Position numbers and translations under genes: made by a program
Shown here: positions 58,473-64,000 of the stretch, piece by piece
How the letters are laid out: the number at the start of each line of letters is the position of its first letter
How positions within the stretch are numbered: position 1 is the stretch's first letter
The notes under the pieces: model-generated
What the model saw: only the letters and a program-made list of their open reading frames with translations
Databases searched by the model: none
Told to the model about the DNA's origin: nothing
Source of the DNA: a virus
IMG/VR virus record: IMGVR_UViG_3300050144_000109
Span: 64,001-128,000 of that record
DNA: 64,000 nt
Reading direction: 5' to 3' (one strand)

Positions 58473-60095
58473 TCATTCTCCTGTCAGGTTGTGTAAAACA
58501 TAAGTGATCGTATCTGTGGACAAGTCTGATGTGAACTGTCCATTTGATCCTACGTAAAAAGACTTCTTTTTCAGCAGTTCATCGACCTCTTTGATGCTGT
58601 CTTCTGAGTACAAAATGATGCCACTGCTCGTGTCCCCGTCAAAATCAGCCTTCAACTTACTTAACCGACACGGGTGCGGCGATTGTGAATCAAAGGTACT
58701 GGAGCCCTTCATTGGGAATTGGTACGCTGTATGTGTGTCTCCAATGGGTTTCCAGTCCATCCCCAACTCCTTCCTGATCTCCGCCTTGATGGTACTCTTC
58801 AGATACACTTTCGAAGGATACGTACTGCGATCAGATTCAATCGGGTAGCGTGTCACCAGCATGGGGTACCGTGAAGACGTCTGGTACACACTCGCATAAA
58901 AGAACTCTGTGAACGTCGTCGGTGTGCAGTGCTCAGCACTCCTACCCTCAGGCAAGTCAGAAATACCATGGATCAACTTGAACGTACCGTCTGGTCCCCG
59001 GTAGGTCAATCCTAAGTAATACCCATAAATCACAATGGGCTCATCCCGCACAGAAGGCTCACGGTAAATGTTGATGAGCTTTTCAATGCCTTCGTTGGTC
59101 ATCCATCTGTCAAAGATGTCATAACTCAAATGCACACGCTCTGACTCCAGTGTCTTTTTGTTCACCAAGAGTGCAGGTGCTGAAGGTGAGGAGAATACTT
59201 CAGAGAGGAATCCGTTTCTCAGCAAGGTGCGTGCTACAGGAAGAATGCCTTTGAGGTATTGGAAGATACCGATCGCTGTATCGTTGATGCCAATGTTGCC
59301 AGGCGCTCCCACCACAGAGACAGTGGTGTCCATGGCTGTGATCACGTTTCTGGTGGTATTGAAGATCTTTCTAGACGCCCACTTGCCCATGAACAGATTG
59401 GATTTACCTTCTACGAGTTTGAGGAACGCATCGTAGATCTGGTTGAAGGTGTTTTGCATGCCCATGCGCTGGCCATTGTAGGCTTCTGGAGCAGCTTTGA
59501 GTGCACCTTCATTGATGGTATTGGCTGTGGCCAGGAGTTTATAGTAAAGAGAATTGACTTCATCCGAAGACTCTCTACCATTGTCATCAATTTCTATGTC
59601 ACGGTAGCCTGCTGGGATGACATAGATCTTGTCCAGTAAAGCTTTGTCTTGATACGTTTTGATGAGTTTGATGTTTTCTTGTCGTTGCTGAGAAGGCGTA
59701 GTTTGATATTGGATTTCTTTGAAATGGTCAATGAAGAATTGATAGCCTGTTTGACCTTCTAGTGCATTGGACTTGACGAAGTCTTTGGTTTGCTTATCGA
59801 AGACTGCAAACTCTCTACCGGAGAGGATGTCCAGGTAGAGGGATTTGATCTGTCCTAAAGCTTTGAAGATGATTGGATGGATGATGGATACCTTGATGTT
59901 GATCCAAGAGTATTTGATGTAGCGCGCATCGGTACCGACGACTCCGTAGATTTCTGTGGAGTAGAGACCGTCTTTGTGGAAGTTTTTGGTCGCACCGTCG
60001 TAGATGTCGAGACTGGTGGTGGGTCTGACCATCTTGAGCACGTCTGGTGGGATGACGAGCAGATCAATGTTGAATGGGATGTCGCTGGACTTCAT
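58473..60095 (-). CDS. Virion RNA polymerase beta' subunit (phiKZ gp180-like)
   Basis: FHKDGLYSTEIYG, TRYP and catalytic ADFDGD motifs. Confidence 0.92.
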   Translation of the reverse strand: MKSSDIPFNIDLLVIPPDVLKMVRPTTSLDIYDGATKNFHKDGLYSTEIYGVVGTDARYIKYSWINIKVSIIHPIIFKALGQIKSLYLDILSGREFAVFDKQTKDFVKSNALEGQTGYQFFIDHFKEIQYQTTPSQQRQENIKLIKTYQDKALLDKIYVIPAGYRDIEIDDNGRESSDEVNSLYYKLLATANTINEGALKAAPEAYNGQRMGMQNTFNQIYDAFLKLVEGKSNLFMGKWASRKIFNTTRNVITAMDTTVSVVGAPGNIGINDTAIGIFQYLKGILPVARTLLRNGFLSEVFSSPSAPALLVNKKTLESERVHLSYDIFDRWMTNEGIEKLINIYREPSVRDEPIVIYGYYLGLTYRGPDGTFKLIHGISDLPEGRSAEHCTPTTFTEFFYASVYQTSSRYPMLVTRYPIESDRSTYPSKVYLKSTIKAEIRKELGMDWKPIGDTHTAYQFPMKGSSTFDSQSPHPCRLSKLKADFDGDTSSGIILYSEDSIKEVDELLKKKSFYVGSNGQFTSDLSTDTITYVLHNLTGE

Positions 60096-60249
60096 GGCTG
60101 TGGAAGGGGGAAAGGGGGGTTGGGCGGAGGATAGTGGTGGTGCTACCCGACCATGAGTTGATCAGCACTCCGAAGATCAGCCTGCTACATTGGCGATCTT
60201 TTGGTAGAGTGCTTTAACTGTTTTTACTAGCTGGTAAGGAGCGCGAGCA

Positions 60250-63200
60250 ATGTTTGGATTTGGAAAGAAAGCCAGAGTAGAGAATGAGTCGATTGACAGT
60301 GAGTTCAATCTGGATGACGGCTTGGACATGGGGGGGTTTGATTTTGATGCTGACCCCATGAAAGACGACAGAAAGCCAGTGACGAAGGTGCTGGATGGTG
60401 CACTGACTGGTTTCAAGGCTGGGGTGTCGGATACCAGCTTTTTAAAGAAGACCGTCAAGGACATCTTGCCTGAAGGGTATGGCAAGACGTTAGATCTGCA
60501 TGACAAAGTCAATGGCAGCATTCGTGACCTATACGATGAAACCGCCAAGGAAGTCAAACCAGCGATCAAAGAGTTCAAGAAAATCAGTGCAAGACTGATT
60601 CCTTCTGACTCTAAATTCATCCCGACTCCTGTGCAAGACTTGCTGCAGAAGTGGAGAGATGAGAAAGAAGAGGAGAAGCGGGACTCTTCTTTGGATGAGA
60701 ATACACAAAAAGAACAGTTCTTGTCTGTGCAGATGGCAGACATCTTTCAAGCGCAGTCAGAAGACAAGCAAAGCGAGAAGAAAGAGAAAGACGCCAAAGA
60801 CAACATCCAACAAGGCATAGACTTAGAGCGTCACCGGGACTTGCTGGGCATTGTTTCTAACATGGATCAATCCGTCTCTCGGATTGACCAGTATGGCCGC
60901 TCAGTGGGTTTGAACTACCAGAAGAAGACGTTGGAGTTGATGTACCGTCAGCTCTTTGCTTTGCAAGACTTGGTGAAGCTGGGTGAGAAGGGGTTTGGCG
61001 TGATGGCCAACGAACTCCCTGCCATCAAGAAGAACACTGCATTGCCTGAGTTTGTCAAGCAAACCAATACCGAGTTCTTGAAAGAATACAACAAGAAGAA
61101 ACTGGTCGAGACGATTGGTCGTAACTTGTTTGGCACGGGTGCTGAGTATCTGGACAAAGTGCTTGGGAACTTCAATAAGAATCTGAAAGCCAAGTTCAAG
61201 GAAGGCATTGGTCAGTTCAAAGACACGCTCACCCAAGCTGGCGAGATGCACGACAGCATGAAAGACATGGGGGACATGCCTGGCATGGACAAAGCCACCA
61301 TGGGTGGCAGCATGGTTGGTGACGCTGCTGCCAAAGGCATTGGCGGCAAGGCTGCGAAGTGGGTACAGAGCAACGTACTGAACAAGAGCGAGCGCGTCAA
61401 CAAGCTGGGCTCTAAGTTACTCAACGCCAGTGTGGATGCGCCACGCGCCATCAATGAATTCAGAGAGAAGAATGCAAACAGCTATTCAGATACTCTTTGG
61501 GGAAAAGCAAAGTCTGCTGCAGCCAGTCTGATCAGTCCGTTTGAGGAGAGCAAAAGCATTGAAGGGCAAGATGCTACCAAGCTAGGAAGTCCTGGTGTAT
61601 TCTCCAAGAGAACAGACAGGTCCATCAATGAAGTCATTCCTGGATTCCTGGCTAGAATCTTGAGAGAGGTTCAAGTCTTCAGAACTGGAGATGAAAGCAT
61701 TGAACTGCAAGCCTTTGACCATGTGAAGAACACTTTCACAGACAAGGGCAAGCTAGAGAAAAGAATTCAAGACTCTGTGATTGATTCTGGCGCTAAAGAG
61801 AACATGCACGGGCAGCTTGATGAGATGATCAAGCATACCGAAGGGCAGGATCTCTCTCCAGAAGCCAAGAAAGCACTGAAGAAACGCTTGACCATGACCA
61901 GCGCTTCTGGCAAGCGCATGAGTCAGGAGAACTTTGATCAAGAAGACCACTACGAAGGTGAGGGTGCTGCAGAAGCTGCAGCACACATGAAGAAGTACTT
62001 TGAAAAGAACAAAGACAACCAGGCGCACCAAACTGCAATCAAGCGCAGGCACGACAACCTAGGTTCTTACGTCACCAACACCATGGGACAAGTAGAGACC
62101 AACGCTGAGCTTGGCTACACTGAGGAGTTGCAAAAGGCTGGCTTCTTGGAGAAAGACGGTAGAACAATTTCCAGAGACAAGATTCTGGAACATTACTTAA
62201 ACCGCGAAGAGAAGAAAAAAGAAAATGGTGAGGGTGGATCTGATCCGTCAAATGAGCCAGGCAATCCCCCTGGTCCTGTGCCGCCTGGTCCAACGCCTCC
62301 GATTCCAGGAGCTGTTCCCCCGATCAATCCACATGGTGGTCCTGGTCCAGGAGGCCCCACACCGCCTCCGAACGTTGACTCTGGCTTAGGCGGTGGAGCT
62401 CCCAACCCTGTATCGGATACTTCAGCCGCTGGTGGCGCAGATCCGACGGTTGGACCACCAAAGCCAAAGACCAAGCTCCAACGTCTGGCGGGTTCTATTT
62501 CAACAGACATCGGTAACTTGCTAGAAGGTGCTTATAACAAAGGCTCGGATGCTGTCAAGGGAACCATCGAAGTTTTGGACAGCAAAGACCCAAAAGAAAA
62601 ACTCATTGAAAAGCTAGTCCCTAAGAAGTACAGAAGACTCTACAAAGACGGTTTACTTGATCGACACATGGTCGTTCAAGAACTGAAGAACGCGGCTAAG
62701 AAAGGTGGCCGTGATCTACAAGTCAAGATTGATGAAATCAAACAGCTCAACAAGGACGGTGCCCTCAACATTGAGAATCTGGCACTGATCGCGCAAGGTA
62801 AGTCAGTCAAATCTGATTCAACACAGCCTGCTGAGCAGAATACTGAAACAGCTTCGATTGATGCTGGTGCTGACAAACCCAAAGCCTTCGCTAAAGGTGG
62901 CGTGTTTTCCAACTCCGTGCTGAACAAGCCGACTCCGTTTAGCTTTGAGCAAGGCGGCAAACCACACGCTGCAGTCGCTGGTGAAGCTGGCCCTGAAGCG
63001 GTCATGCCACTCACTGCACAAGGTGTGCGTGCAGTCGATGAGAAAGGGAACGTACAAGCACACTTGCCACTGACGAGAGATAAGAACGGTATCCTTTCAG
63101 TTGAGCATGCCAACTCTATCAAGGATACTGGAAAGAAAGTTCTAGACGCTGTGGGTGGCTTCTTCACCAACACACGCGAAGCACTCCAGGACATCATTGC

Positions 63201-64000
63201 GGATAAAGCACACGAGCTGAAGAGTAAGCCTGTAGAGGCCAAGTCTTCTGCTAAGCCTTCTGCGCTGCCTGCAACTCCAAAGCCAGCCATGCGCAAGGAC
63301 ATGTCGGACAACGACAAGCTACTGTCCAAGTTGGATGAGTTGATCGATACAGTCAAGAGTGCTTGGTCGGGTTCCTCTGTTGGCTCTACGGTAGGCAGTG
63401 TCGCACAGTCCGCAACTGCTTTGGCTGGAAGAGCCAGGAATGCTGCAACTGAGTTCATGGGGAGTCCGAAAGCGCAAGTGATGAAGACCCGTGCAACCGA
63501 AGGCTTCTCTGTAGCACAAAAGAAAGTAGAAGAACTCAAAGCATCACCTAAGCTGACTGCGTTACAGACAGCCGCTACCAAGAAGTTAGAGCAAGCTAAG
63601 AAAGTAGTCTCACAAACGAAGCTCCCCAGCATGGAGGAGATGGGTGCGCATGTAAGCAGTGCAAAGAAGAGCGCCACTGGCTTTGCAGAGCAGTTGAAGA
63701 CGCACGCTATTCTAGGCGCTGGGAAGCTTCAACAGCATTTGGAGAATATCCAGAAGACTCCTTCTGACCCTACTACACCAGTCAGTGTATTGGACCAGCT
63801 TAAAGCACATGCAAGTTCTGGCGTTCAAGCAGTACAACAAAAGATCCAACAGAGTCAAGGCAATCTGGATCCAAAGACCAAAGAAAAGATCAGCGGTCTG
63901 CTGTCTGGAGCTGCTTCCAAAGCCAGCGCCGTAAAGAAGCAGCTGCATGCAGCTACGACTAAAGTCAAAGAACAAACACAAGGGTTCTTAGAGCAGCAGC
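60250..64000 (+). CDS. Tape-measure/tail-associated giant protein (phiKZ gp181-like), truncated by the window edge
   Basis: ATG 60250 after TAAGGA; MFGFGKK...DDRKPV N-terminus; SINEVIPGFLARI motif; divergent from vRNAP beta' as in phiKZ. The frame was spot-checked at 62881 and appears open to the edge. Confidence 0.85.
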   Translation, partial: MFGFGKKARVENESIDSEFNLDDGLDMGGFDFDADPMKDDRKPVTKVLDGALTGFKAGVSDTSFLKKTVKDILPEGYGKTLDLHDKVNGSIRDLYDETAKEVKPAIKEFKKISARLIPSDSKFIPTPVQDLLQKWRDEKEEEKRDSSLDENTQKEQFLSVQMADIFQAQSEDKQSEKKEKDAKDNIQQGIDLERHRDLLGIVSNMDQSVSRIDQYGRSVGLNYQKKTLELMYRQLFALQDLVKLGEKGFGVMANELPAIKKNTALPEFVKQTNTEFLKEYNKKKLVETIGRNLFGTGAEYLDKVLGNFNKNLKAKFKEGIGQFKDTLTQAGEMHDSMKDMGDMPGMDKATMGGSMVGDAAAKGIGGKAAKWVQSNVLNKSERVNKLGSKLLNASVDAPRAINEFREKNANSYSDTLWGKAKSAAASLISPFEESKSIEGQDATKLGSPGVFSKRTDRSINEVIPGFLARILREVQVFRTGDESIELQAFDHVKNTFTDKGKLEKRIQDSVIDSGAKENMHGQLDEMIKHTEGQDLSPEAKKALKKRLTMTSASGKRMSQENFDQEDHYEGEGAAEAAAHMKKYFEKNKDNQAHQTAIKRRHDNLGSYVTNTMGQVETNAELGYTEELQKAGFLEKDGRTISRDKILEHYLNREEKKKENGEGGSDPSNEPGNPPGPVPPGPTPPIPGAVPPINPHGGPGPGGPTPPPNVDSGLGGGAPNPVSDTSAAGGADPTVGPPKPKTKLQRLAGSISTDIGNLLEGAYNKGSDAVKGTIEVLDSKDPKEKLIEKLVPKKYRRLYKDGLLDRHMVVQELKNAAKKGGRDLQVKIDEIKQLNKDGALNIENLALIAQGKSVKSDSTQPAEQNTETASIDAGADKPKAFAKGGVFSNSVLNKPTPFSFEQGGKPHAAVAGEAGPEAVMPLTAQGVRAVDEKGNVQAHLPLTRDKNGILSVEHANSIKDTGKKVLDAVGGFFTNTREALQDIIADKAHELKSKPVEAKSSAKPSALPATPKPAMRKDMSDNDKLLSKLDELIDTVKSAWSGSSVGSTVGSVAQSATALAGRARNAATEFMGSPKAQVMKTRATEGFSVAQKKVEELKASPKLTALQTAATKKLEQAKKVVSQTKLPSMEEMGAHVSSAKKSATGFAEQLKTHAILGAGKLQQHLENIQKTPSDPTTPVSVLDQLKAHASSGVQAVQQKIQQSQGNLDPKTKEKISGLLSGAASKASAVKKQLHAATTKVKEQTQGFLEQQ

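Noticed and set aside
60177-63981. Many minus-strand ORFs up to 333 aa
   Set aside because: Antisense to the edge-truncated gp181-like gene, which the ORF track omits.
1-64000. tRNA, rRNA, CRISPR array, integrase or transposase
   Set aside because: None recognised by eye; tRNAscan/Infernal were not run.

Overview
A 64-kb segment of a nucleus-forming jumbo phage genome (Chimalliviridae, phiKZ/SPN3US-like). Family assignments come from recognised motifs and gene order, not from database searches. Left to right: (1) an early/replication core block with an SbcD/Mre11-like nuclease, a non-virion RNAP beta' subunit split by a group I intron, chimallin (nuclear shell protein) and a family-B-like DNA polymerase; (2) a ~600-nt ORF-poor, highly base-paired region upstream of the polymerase, a candidate large ncRNA; (3) small genes; (4) terminase, baseplate/virion genes, tail sheath and tail tube; (5) an ~18-kb accessory block of early small genes, collagen-stalk/glycan-enzyme cassettes (one with a C14 tract) and a secreted-protein + OmpA-domain pair; (6) head protease, virion RNAP beta (split by two more group I introns), virion RNAP beta' and the start of the gp181-like tape-measure protein. 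All three introns lack ORFs, and their splice sites can be placed exactly. A repeated ~28-bp promoter-like motif and long hairpins flanked by TATG mark the transcription units. No tRNA, rRNA, CRISPR array or PhuZ tubulin gene was seen.
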